A DNA stretch of 50,102 nt from Octopus bimaculoides (GCF_001194135.2 NC_068983.1:89742098-89792199); one strand, 5' to 3'. Positions 24,012 to 33,722 are shown, numbered from the stretch's first letter. Notes: generated by a model not told the origin, from the sequence alone. Translations and numbers: made by a program.

Positions 24012-25623
24012 NTCTATGCTGATGACCTTGCACTAATTGCTGAGTCACTATCAGAACTAGAGGAGAAATTTCAGGTATGGAAGCAAGGACTAGAATCGAA
24101 GGGCCTTAGAATCAACCTAGCTAAAACCAAAGTCCTAATAAGTAGGAAGGTAGACAAAACACAAACCCTTTAAGGTAGATGGCCCTGCTCAATATGTAGA
24201 AAAGGTGTAGGTAGTAACTCTATAGGATGTACCCAGTGCAAACTATGGACACATAAGAGGTGCAGCAATATCAAAGGAAGGTTAACTAGGAAGTTAGTAT
24301 TTGTATGTAGCAGATGTTCAGGAGCAATAAACACTGTGAATATGCAGAAAACAACTTCTTCCACATTCCAGGGAGAAAAACTAGACATAGTTGATAGCTT
24401 CCGCTATCTGGGTGACCAAGTTAGTAGTGGGGGAGGGTGCATTGAAAGTGTAGCTGCTAGAATAAGAATAGCCTGGGCAAAGTTCAGAGAGCTCTTACCT
24501 CTGCTGGAAACAAAGGGCCTCTCACTCAGAGTAAAAGGCAGACTGTATGACGCATGTGTACAAACAGCCATGCTACACGGCAGTGAAACATGGACCATGA
24601 CTGCTGAGGACATGCGTAAGCTTGCAAGGAATGAAGCCAGTATTCTCCGATGGACGAGTAATGTCAGTGTGCATATCCGATAGAGTGTAAGTATCTTGAG
24701 AGAAAAGTTGAACCTAAGAAGCATCAGTTGTGGGGTGCAAGAGAGACAATTGCACTGGTATGGACATGTGGCAAGAATGGATGAGGATAGCTGTGTGAAA
24801 AAGTGCCACACCCTAGCGGTTGAGGGAACCCGTGGAAGCGGCAGGTCCAGGAAGACATGGGATGAGGTGGTGAATCACAACCTCCAAACATAAGGCCTCA
24901 CCGAGGCAATGACTTGCGACCGAGACCTTTGGAAATATGTTGTGCATGAGAAGACCTAGCAAGCCAAGTGAGACCAAAATCCAAGGCCTCTGCCAGGGAT
25001 GTAGCCAGCCCACTTACACGTAACATTCCTTCATTGGACACTAAACTCCGCTTGCGAAGACCTGTTGAGGCAAGTGAAATCGAAATCAAAATAAATTTGT
25101 AGACTGGCACCCATGCCAACGTCTCTTTCATTGAAGACTAAACTCGGCTTGTGAAGACCTGTTGGGGCAAGCGAAAGCGAAATCATGACGGCACCTGTAC
25201 CAGTGGAGCACTAAGAGCACCGTCTGAGCGTGATCGTTGCCAGAGCACCAGCTGTCTGGCTTCCGTGCCGGTGACATGTAAATAGCACCATTTGAGCATG
25301 ATCGTTACCAACGTCGCCTTCCTGGCACTTGTGTCAGTGGCACATGAAAAGACATTCGAGCGAGATCGTTACCAGTGCCACTGGACTGGCTCCTGTGCAG
25401 GTGGCACGTAAAATACACCATTTCGAGACTGGCCTTCGTGCCGGTGGCACGTAAAAGCACCCACTACACTCTTGGAGTGGTTGGCGTCAGGAAGGGCATC
25501 CAGCTGTAGAAACTCTGCCAAATCATATTGGAGCCCGGTGTAGCCACCTGGTCCACCAGTGCTCAGTCAAATCGTCCAACCCATGCTAGCATGGAAAGCG
25601 GACGTTAAACGATGATGATGATA
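24012..25623 (+). mobile_element. RTE-clade LINE 3' part (RT YADD, PHD finger, C-terminus, long 3' UTR, (GAT)n tail)
   Basis: YADDLALIAESLSELEEKFQVWKQGLESKGLRINLAKTKV; FRYLGDQVSSGGGC; RIRIAWAKFRELLPLL; AMLHGSETW. Several stops. Ends GACGTTAAACGATGATGATGAT. Confidence 0.93.
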
Positions 25624-25844
25624 AACATTTTTCAGAAGTATTTTCTTTAGACATAGATCAGAATTCTAAGAAAAACATACAAGATTAGTGGCTAGGATTA
25701 GAGATAGGAGTTGGAGTTAGGCTTTAGAATAAGGGTTAGGGTCAAGGTTAGGTTTAGGGTTTAGGATTAAGTTAAGGTTTAGAGGTAGTGTTTAAGGCTT
25801 AGAGACATTATTTACAATAGACAGATAGGTGTACTCACATTGTT

Positions 25845-25895
25845 ATTACCACAATGTTTTGGCTGATGTACTCTCCAGCCTTCATCAAATATTCT
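25845..25895 (-). ncRNA. Decayed minimal hammerhead motif (copy A)
   Basis: Minus strand TTGATGA-A-GGCTG-GAGAGTACAT-CAGCC-AAAACATTGTG. Stem II is perfect; the core has C>T and G>A changes. Confidence 0.55.
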
Positions 25896-25995
25896 GGTGG
25901 AATTTTGAACCCAACTCTTTGACTAATGGGGTATTCTGATCTCATTCCTAAGGTACTTATTCGTTTTTTTTTTTTTTGCTGATATCATTTCCCAA

Positions 25996-26067
25996 GTCTC
26001 TGCCTGGGATTGAACTCAAAATCTGAGGCTTAGTAGCCCGCACTCTTATCCACTACACTATATGCCC
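25996..26067 (-). ncRNA. tRNA-like module in PLE terminal repeat (copy A)
   Basis: Minus strand GGGCATATAGTGTAGTGGATAAGAGTGCGGGCTACTAAGCCTCAGATTTTGAGTTCAATCCCAGGCAGAGAC: A-box-like TAGTGTAGTGG, loop CTACTAA, B-box-like GAGTTCAATCC. Confidence 0.65.
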
Positions 26068-27983
26068 ATAGAAATGTATAGTGTGAATTTTGGGACTTAT
26101 AAACCTAATATTTTATCTTCTCTTAATACTGGTTCCCATATTATATTCATATCTGCACTAGGTTTGTTTAGGAGATTATTATGTCCTAGCATATGTGCTG
26201 CCTCTTTTAATTTTCGTATTTTCCAATGGTGTTATCTATTATTTTAACTTCATCCCACAGGGGGGGGGGGGTTGTCTCCGTTTTTCTATACATGATCGGC
26301 TATATCCGATTTTTCAATTTCCCTCATGTCACAGCTTTATGATGTTCTCCTACCCTTATTTTGAGGGGGCGGCATGTTTCGCCTTTGGTGTAATCTACTG
26401 CATGGGATGGAGTACACACAGTTTTTGGTCATATTCTCTTCTATGGGTGGGTTTACTCGGAGGAGGTATTTGCAAAGTGTTGTATTACTTCTGAATACTG
26501 TCCTGATGTCATATGGATCACATATCTTTTGAATCTTTTCCAAGAGGCCTTGGACATAGGGTAGACAGACTGTGGTCAGTTTATGGTTTCATCCTCTCTC
26601 CTCTCCCTAATTGGAGTGGATGGTATATTTTCTGGGTAATTGTTGCATAATAGATTGTTTCTTAGCCTGATAATTTTTTCGTGGTTTGTATCAGGATTGC
26701 TACTTATAGTTTTTGCTCAATGTTTTAGGCATTAAGCAACTCCTCTCTTTATACTGTATGGATGGTAGGAATTGAAGTTGAGGTATTGTCCAGGGAAGAT
26801 TGGCTTGCAGTATACGGATGTCCTGAACCCATACTCAGTGCATGTTATTAATACATCTAGGAATGCCAGCTGATTGTCTTTTTCCTTTTCCATTGTGAAC
26901 TGTATGGATGGCTTTATTGAGTTCATGTGATCTAGCAATACTTGGACACCCTCCTGGTGGGGCCAGAGTATAAAAGTGTCATCAACATATCGTAGTCATA
27001 GTGTTGGCTTTAGTGGTGTTGATCCTAAAGCCAAATTCTCAAAGTATTTCATGTATACATTGGCTATTACTGGTGATAATGGCAAACCCATAGCCTAACC
27101 CTCTTTCTGTCAATATATATCAGTATCTACTCTGAAGTAGGTAGTTTCTATGCAGATAGTCAACATTTCCATCAAGTTTCCTATTGGTATACTAGTGCAT
27201 TCTTTTAGAGAGGTGTCCGTCACTAGTTTGTCTTCAATCACTGATAGTGCTTCATTAGTTGTAACTCTGGTATACAAAATTATCATATCTAGACTCACCA
27301 TCTGGTTGGATCCAATAGGGGTATCCTTTATCAATTCTGTGAAGTGAGCAGAATTCTTAACATATGATGTTGACTTACCTGCTAATGGACTGATTATATT
27401 CAGAAGGAAGCAGCTCAGTGGATGACAAGCCAAAGCTCTACAGCTCATCTCTCTGGGATGAAGTTAAAATAATAGACAGAGAACACCTATGTCCAAAGCC
27501 TCTCCGAAAAGATACAAAAGATATGTGGCCCATATGACATCAGGACAGTATTCAAGAGTAATACAACACTTCGCAAATATCTCCTTCGAGTAAAACCACC
27601 AATAAAAGAGAATATGACCAAAAACTGCGTGTACTCCATCCCATGCAGCTGTGGTAGGTTATACAAAGGCAAAACATGCCGCCCCTTCAAAATAAGGGTA
27701 GAGAAACATCGCAAAGCTGTGACACTAGGAGATATTGATAAATCAGGTATAGCTGATCATGTATGGAAAAACGGAGACCACTGTCCCCTATGGGATGAAG
27801 TTAAAATAATAGAGAACACCACTGGAAAATATGAAAACTAAAAGAAGCAGCACATATGATAGGACACAACAATCTGCTAAGCAAACAGAGTGCAGATATG
27901 AGTAGCATATGGGAACCAGTATTAAGGAAGGATAGGAAAATATTAAATTTATAAACTCTAAAATTCACTCCATAATTGCCCAT

Positions 27984-28056
27984 GGGCATATGGCATAGTG
28001 GTTAAGAGTGCAGGCGACTAACCCCTAGATTCCAAGTTTGATTCCAGGCAGTGACC
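27984..28056 (+). ncRNA. tRNA-like module in PLE terminal repeat (copy B)
   Basis: GGGCATATGGCATAGTGGTTAAGAGTGCAGGCGACTAACCCCTAGATTCCAAGTTTGATTCCAGGCAGTGACC: A box TGGCATAGTGG, B-box-like AGTTTGATTCC. Confidence 0.65.
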
Positions 28057-28118
28057 TGAATAATAATAACATCAGGAATGATGTTATTATTAGGAATGAG
28101 AACCCAGGCTCGAAATTT

Positions 28119-28158
28119 CCACAAGGCTAGAGGGTATATCAGATAAAACGTTGTGTTA
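28119..28158 (+). ncRNA. Partial hammerhead motif (copy B; CUGAUGA box missing)
   Basis: AAGGCTAGAGGGTATATCAGATAAAACGTTGTGTT retains the ACGT palindrome and the GTGTT stem I strand. The 5' core is absent. Confidence 0.45.
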
Positions 28159-28325
28159 ACAACAAACAAGATGAGGACAAATATCTGTCAAATGTAAATA
28201 ATGTAAATAATGAACTTCCTAAGCAGACCTAGTGCACATATGAATGTAATATCAGAGCTAGTATTAAGAATAGATAAAAAAATATTAGGTTTATAAGCCA
28301 AGAAATTCACTCTCTACTTGTCTAT

Positions 28326-28388
28326 GGGCATATATCAGAGTGGATAAGAGCACGGGCTACTAACTCTCGGATTCTGAGTTCAATCTCA
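28326..28388 (+). ncRNA. tRNA-like module in PLE terminal repeat (copy C)
   Basis: GGGCATATATCAGAGTGGATAAGAGCACGGGCTACTAACTCTCGGATTCTGAGTTCAATCTCA. Confidence 0.6.
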
Positions 28389-28453
28389 ATCAACAAAAAA
28401 TAACAACAGCAAAAAGAAAAAATGGGAACAGAGGGTTGAGTTCAAAATTCCAG

Positions 28454-28499
28454 AACACCTGATGAAGGCTGGAGAATACATCAGCTGAAACATTGTGAT
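28454..28499 (+). ncRNA. Minimal type I hammerhead ribozyme motif (copy C, best preserved)
   Basis: AACAC-CTGATGA-A-GGCTG-GAGAATACAT-CAGCT-GAAA-CATT-GTGAT. The CUGAUGA and GAAA boxes are intact, stem II is present, and stem I is CAC/GTG. The ACGT palindrome seen in copy B reads ACAT here. Confidence 0.7.
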
Positions 28500-28535
28500 A
28501 ACAACAAATAAGGTGAGAACACCTATCCAGCAGTT

Positions 28536-28738
28536 ACTCTTTTACTTGTTTCAGTCATTTGACTGCAGCCATGCTGGAGTACCACCTTTATAGTCGAGCA
28601 AATCTACCCCAGAGCTTATTCTTTGTAAGCCTAGTACTTATTCTATCGGTCACATTTGCCGAACCGTTAAGTTACGGGGACGCAAACACACCAGCATTGG
28701 TTGTCGAGCGATGCTGGGGGGTGGGGGGACAAACATAT

Positions 28739-28769
<31 letters not shown>

Positions 28770-28941
28770 CATATACGACAGGCTTCTTCCAGTTTCCGTC
28801 TACGAAATCCACTCACAAGGCTTTGATTGGGCTGAGGCTATAATAGAAGACACTTGCCCAAGGTGCCACACAATGGGACTGAATCCGGGACCATGTGGTT
28901 GGTAAGTAAGCTACTTACCACACAGCCACTCCTGCGCCTAT
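28536..28941 (-). mobile_element. Full-length tRNA-head SINE with internal CA/TA microsatellite
   Basis: Minus strand starts AGGCGCAGGAGTGGCTGTGTGGTAAGTAGCTTACTTACCAACCACATGGTCCCGGATTCAGTCCC (A/B-box-like). Other copies of this family occur in the window. Confidence 0.88.
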
Positions 28942-29493
28942 GTAAATAATGTACATTATTCCTCATCTCAAAATATAGAACAGTACTTAGGATTAGGGGT
29001 TTTGAGTTAGGTTTAAGGTTAAATTTAAATGGAAAGTGGAGAAATCTTTTTTCAGAATAAAAATCACTTATGCTTAAAATATGGAAATCTGAAAAAATGT
29101 TTTTTAGAAATAAAATTAAATTAAAAAAATAAGTTTAAGGAGTACTTAATCCTGAGAGTTTTTCCGAAAACTGTGGTGCAAGTTTAACTGCTTTGCTGTT
29201 TTTAATTTCCAGTCTCAAATTCATTGCTGTGCAGATAAAAAAAAAAATTCGCTTAGCAACCCATGTTTCTTAGGGGAGGGGTTGCTTTTCTCAGCTCGCC
29301 ATTGTGGACAAGTGTGTTCCAGCATAGCCTTTGATTAACCAGTGTGACTTAAATCAAATTTAATCGATAGAAACCCCACAGAAGCAAGCCACGCGTGCGC
29401 GTGCGCGTGCGTATGGGCAGGTGACTGTCAACTCGTTTGAATTTACGCTCCTGAACATACGCCACAATTTCTGGCCTCAGAACAAAATGTTCT

Positions 29494-30060
29494 GGTAATC
29501 TTCCAGTTTAGGGAGGTAAAAAAAGTAAATAAAAATACAAGGGAAATAACTTAACGTCTTGCTAGTATTATCCGTAGTACTCTGAAATGTGTTTTTTTTT
29601 TAGCTGTTTATGAATAAATCACACACGTGATTGAATATCATAGTACCGGTTGCACAACAACTTATGGTAATCTTCCAGTAGAGGGAGATAACGGTCAAAC
29701 TAAAGTGCTTGACCCGAGCTCAAAAATGAAAAAAAAAATTAGTGTAATAGGTGTAAACCTACTTGCTGTGAACGAATATGAAGAAAAAAATGCGCACTCG
29801 CGAACGGGTGGGGTAGGGGAGAGGACTCGGAACATTGACATCGTGAATGTTCCGAGACGCCTCACCGATCTCTCAGCCGGTACTATGATATTCAATCACG
29901 TGTGTGATCTATATATAAACAGTTAACTTCAATCACGTGTGTGATTTATTTATAAACAGCTAAAAAAAAAACACATTTCAGAGTAGTACGGATAATACTA
30001 GTAAGACGTTAAGTTATTTCCCTTGTATTTTTATTTACCTCCCTAAACTGGAAGATTACC
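29494..30060. mobile_element. Non-autonomous TIR element (MITE), GG termini, 9-bp TSD (Merlin- or MULE-like)
   Basis: TSD AAATGTTCT at 29485-29493 and 30061-30069. TIR GGTAATCTTCCAGTTTAGGGAGG..., with arms matching over about 140-160 bp. Confidence 0.9.
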
Positions 30061-30290
30061 AAATGTTCTACTTCCCAATAAAACTTCAGCCAAAAAATAC
30101 TTTTTGATGGTTATTACCTACCCCGACAGCGAGATAAAGTGAAACCATATACAACTGGGACATCGTTCAATCTGTAAGGAACAACAACTAATTTTCTCTC
30201 AAACCACACCCCAACGATAGTTAAAACAAGGAAGAACAAACTGGACTGTGTAATTCAAGATAAACGGAATGGCCACGAATAGCATGTATT

Positions 30291-30851
30291 GGATCTTTTT
30301 TTAAAACGGGGGCCACATTTTTCATTAACGAAACACTTTGAAACTTGGAACACTGGTAGAATGTGTCATATAAAACATCTTTTTCTCTTAGTCTTCTTTA
30401 AAAAAAAAGAAATCCATAAATTATTCCATGTTAAAGTTGTCGTATTTCTGTAATTTCAACCAATCACTGACGTCCATTCAGCCGATATACATTAAGCGTC
30501 GACTACATAAACAAACGATTCTGAAACAATTAACCCTAACCCTAACCCTAACCCTAGGGTTAGGGTTAGGGTTAGGGTTAAAGCAAATTTAAAATGAAAA
30601 AAGCAAATTAAACGAAGAATCGTTTGTTTATGTAGTCGGCACTTAATGTATATCGGCTGAATGGACGTCAGTGATTGGTTGAAATTATCGAAATAAGACA
30701 ATTTTTTTCATGAAATAAATTCGAATACAAAAATATTTTTCTGTTCTATAACACAAAATAGATAAGTATACGAAGTTTGAAAGTCTTTCGGTACCAAAAA
30801 CACTACGTAAAACATTAATGAAAAATGTGGCCCCCGTTTTAAAAAAGATCC
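30291..30851. mobile_element. Non-autonomous TIR element with 8-bp TSD and a central telomeric palindrome
   Basis: TSD CATGTATT at 30283-30290 and 30852-30859. TIR GGATCTTTTTT(T)AAAACGGGGGCCACATTTTTCATTAA. Inner inverted repeat at 30451-30522 / 30615-30687. Confidence 0.9.
30530..30581. repeat. Perfect 52-bp palindrome TT(AACCCT)4(AGGGTT)4AA
   Basis: Read directly from the sequence; centre of symmetry between 30555 and 30556. Confidence 0.97.
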
Positions 30852-31566
30852 CATGTATTATATCGCAGGCCTTATCAAAGTCCGAGCGAAGCAGCAAAGC
30901 GAGATGCGTTATAAGAAAGACAACTATTAGTCAACTAATGAATTCTCTCCCCTGCACGAAACTCTTAAGCTTATAGAATTATGGGTTTGTACGTAATTTG
31001 TGGTTTACTGTTGGACCATCATTATTCTAATTGTTATTAAAAAGAAAACAAAAAAACGAGACCACTGTAAAACTGTAAGGGAAGCACAAAGAAGTTGTAT
31101 TGTTTATACTGAAAACTAATCTAGCTACATTACAAGATATTGTTTCCTACTTTAATGGAACAACACTTCAAGCTAGTGGAATTTTTACAGCACCATTATT
31201 CCTTAGATCAGTGGTCCCAACCTTTTCACTACCAGCCACCCCTTTTATTTAAATGAGTTTTCCCACGGACCCCTTTTAATATACTTATCCTTATATATAT
31301 ACATGTGTGTGTGTGTGTGTGTGTGTGTTTTACTCTTTTACTTGTTTCAGACATTTGACAGTGGCCATGCTGGAGCACCGCCTTTTAGGTCGAGCAAATC
31401 GACCCCAGGATTTATTCTTTATAAGCCTAGTACTTATTTTATCGTCCCTTTTGCCGAACCGCTAATTTATGGGGACGTAAACACACCAGCATCGGTTGTC
31501 AAGCGACGTTGGTGGGAACAAACACAGACACAAACATATACACACACATACATATATATATATATA

Positions 31567-32792
31567 TGTAGTGGATCTCACATGCATGAAGTGGATTCGA
31601 TCCACTATAGCTATAGCTAAATTTAAATCAACACTGCAGCAGAACTTTTCCCAATAGTTTTTCTGACAGTAGTATAATATTTTCCAGATGCCTTTAGCTA
31701 GGCCGAAACAATGTCTTCACCACTTCACCCTTCCTAACCTCTTCTTATTTCTTTATTGCCCACAAGGGGCTAAACATAGAGGGGACAAACAAGGACAGAA
31801 AAGGGATTACATCGATCCCCAGTACGTAACTGGTACTTAATTTATCGACCCCGAAAGGATGAAAGGCCAAGTCGACCTCGGTGGAATTTGAACTCAGAAC
31901 GCAAAGACAGACGAAATACCGCTAAACATTTCGCCCGTTCTGCTAACGTTTCTGCCAGCTCGCCGCCTTAAACCCTTCCTAACCTCTTCTACTCCACGAA
32001 AAACTAGAATAGAGATAACAAGACCACCAACTAAATCTATTGTTCTCAATAATATATCTATCCTTCTGGATTGTTATAAAAGCAAAGAAACCCCAAGAAA
32101 AATTTAGTTTAGTCACCGGTCGGTGACGACTCAACCAGTTCAGTCATCAGTCGGTGACAACTCAATGAGAACGATGTCTGGCTGACCAGCTAGAACCTTG
32201 GCCAGAGGGAAAAATGAAGTTTACTGCCAGCAACTGTGAGACAACATCCCACACTCTGCAACTTTCACAAGCTCACTTTCTTTTCTCTGTAACATTACCA
32301 TATCTCTGTCTATATACTGCTACAAGATCATGTACACACATATACAGGCCGAAATTAACTTTCTTTACATTGCATGCTTTACGAACTGTGTTATACTATT
32401 ACACTAACCTACCCGTCGTGGTATGGCATTTATTAAAGTAACGGTAAATAAATATTTCTTTACAACTTCGATCACTGTTCATCATTCATCTTACAGCCGT
32501 TACAATCAGTGACCCTTAACATCAACTAACATTAATCGTTACAATTGGTAACCTCCTTCATCTTACAACCGTTACAATTGGATCTCTATTCTAGATTTTG
32601 GTGATGTAGGAGAGGTTAGGAAGGGTCAAGTGGTGAAGACATTGTTTCGGCCTAGCTAAAGGCATCTGGAAGATATTAAACTGCTGTCAGAGAAAAACTA
32701 TTGTTCCACCGTGGGAAAAGTTCTGCTGCAGTGTTGATTTAAATTTAGCTATAGTGGATCGAATCCACTTCATGCATGTGAGATCCACTACA
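31567..32792. mobile_element. Non-autonomous TIR element with TGT termini and ~200-bp TIRs inserted in (TA)n (possibly Ginger-like)
   Basis: TATA|TGTAGTGGATCTCACATGCATGAAGTGGATTCGATCC ... GGATCGAATCCACTTCATGCATGTGAGATCCACTACA|TATA. The arms keep matching through CTAGAATAGAGAT. Confidence 0.85.
31746..31971 (-). mobile_element. CORE-type tRNA-derived SINE with 19-bp TSD
   Basis: TSD ACCCTTCCTAACCTCTTCT at 31727-31745 and 31972-31990. The minus strand has GAGTTCAAATTCC (B box) and TTCATCCTTTCGGGGTCGATAAATTAAGTACCAGT (CORE-like). Confidence 0.85.
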
Positions 32793-33246
32793 TATATATA
32801 TATATATATATACGATGGGCTTCTTTCAGTTTCCGTCTACGAAATCCACTTACAAAGCTTTGGTCGGCCCGTGATTATATAAGGTACCACGCAGGTTTCG
32901 TAAGCAAGCTACTTACCACACAGCCACTCCTACGCCTATATATATANNNNNNNNNNNNNNNNNNNNNNNNNNNNNNNNNNNNNNNNNNNNNNNNNNNNNN
33001 NNNNNNNNNNNNNNNNNNNNNNNNNNNNNNNNNNNNNNATATATATATATATAAAGTATTTGGATTCTGCCACGGAGGAAGCCGATGTTCAATTCACATG
33101 TTTGCTGACTGTATTGTTTAGGTGTCTCGCTTGTTTATAACCAGGAGTCGAATTGTGTGAATGCGGTGTAGACCATTAATTTGACATAACTTTTAGAATA
33201 CGTTATAAGTTATTTATTAAGATTTGTAATGGTAACATTTGCTATA

Positions 33247-33710
33247 TGTTGTTGGCACTCCGTCGCTTGCGATGTTGAGGGTTCACGTTGATCCGATCAA
33301 CGGAACAGCCTGCTCGTGAAATTAACGTGCAAGTGGCTGAGCACTCCACAGACACGTGTACCCTTAACGTAGTTCTCGGGGATATTCAGCATGACACAGT
33401 GTGACAAGGCTGACCCTTTGAATTACAGGCACAACAGAAACAAGAAGTAAGAGTGAGAGAAAGTTGTGGAGGAAAAGTACAGCAGGGTTCGCCACCATCC
33501 CCTGTCGGAGCCTTGTAGAGCTTTAGGTGTTTTCGCTCAATAAACACTCACAACACCCGGTCTGGGAATTGAAACCGCGATCCTATGACCGCGAGTCCGC
33601 TGCCNNNNNNNNNNGCTCAATAAACACTCACAACACCCGGTCTGGGAATTGAAACCGCGATCCTATGACCGCGAGTCCGCTGCCCTAACCACTGGGCCAT
33701 TGCGCCTCCG
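33247..33710 (-). mobile_element. tRNA-head SINE with 12-bp TSD
   Basis: TSD ACATTTGCTATA at 33235-33246 and 33711-33722. Head GGCGCAATGGCCCAGTGGTTAGGGCAGCGGACTCGCGG...GTTTCAATTCCC. Confidence 0.88.
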
Positions 33711-33722
33711 ACATTTGCTATA

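Larger units (their letters stand above)
25806..28955. mobile_element. Penelope-like element locus with inverted and tandem pseudo-LTRs
   Basis: Minus strand 27450 to 25806 encodes RT remnants (LSPVIANVYMKYFE, RYVDDTF, HMNSIKPSIQFTMEKEKDNQLAFLDVLIT), then GIY-YIG (NCVYSIPC), then a terminal repeat. Plus strand 27450-28210 is an inverted GIY-YIG (TKNCVYSIPCSCGRLYKGKTCRPFKIRVEKH...SGIADHVW) plus terminal repeat. A further terminal repeat lies at 28215-28955, interrupted by a SINE. Confidence 0.9.
31329..32937 (-). mobile_element. tRNA-head SINE split in two (31329-31566 and 32793-32937) by a TIR element
   Basis: The two halves together reproduce 28536-28941. The break lies in the internal (TA)n tract. 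Confidence 0.88.

Noticed and set aside
27984-28056. Functional tRNA gene
   Set aside because: The acceptor and anticodon stems are poor, the three copies diverge, and all sit within PLE repeats. The same applies to the SINE heads at 28870-28941, 31880-31971 and 33630-33710.
30530-30581. Ancestral telomere-telomere fusion site
   Set aside because: A fusion gives (TTAGGG)n followed by (CCCTAA)n. Here the order is reversed and the tract lies inside a TSD-bounded element.
33534-33665. Apparent tandem duplication inside the SINE head
   Set aside because: Identical sequence on both sides of a 10-N gap is typical of an unmerged contig overlap.
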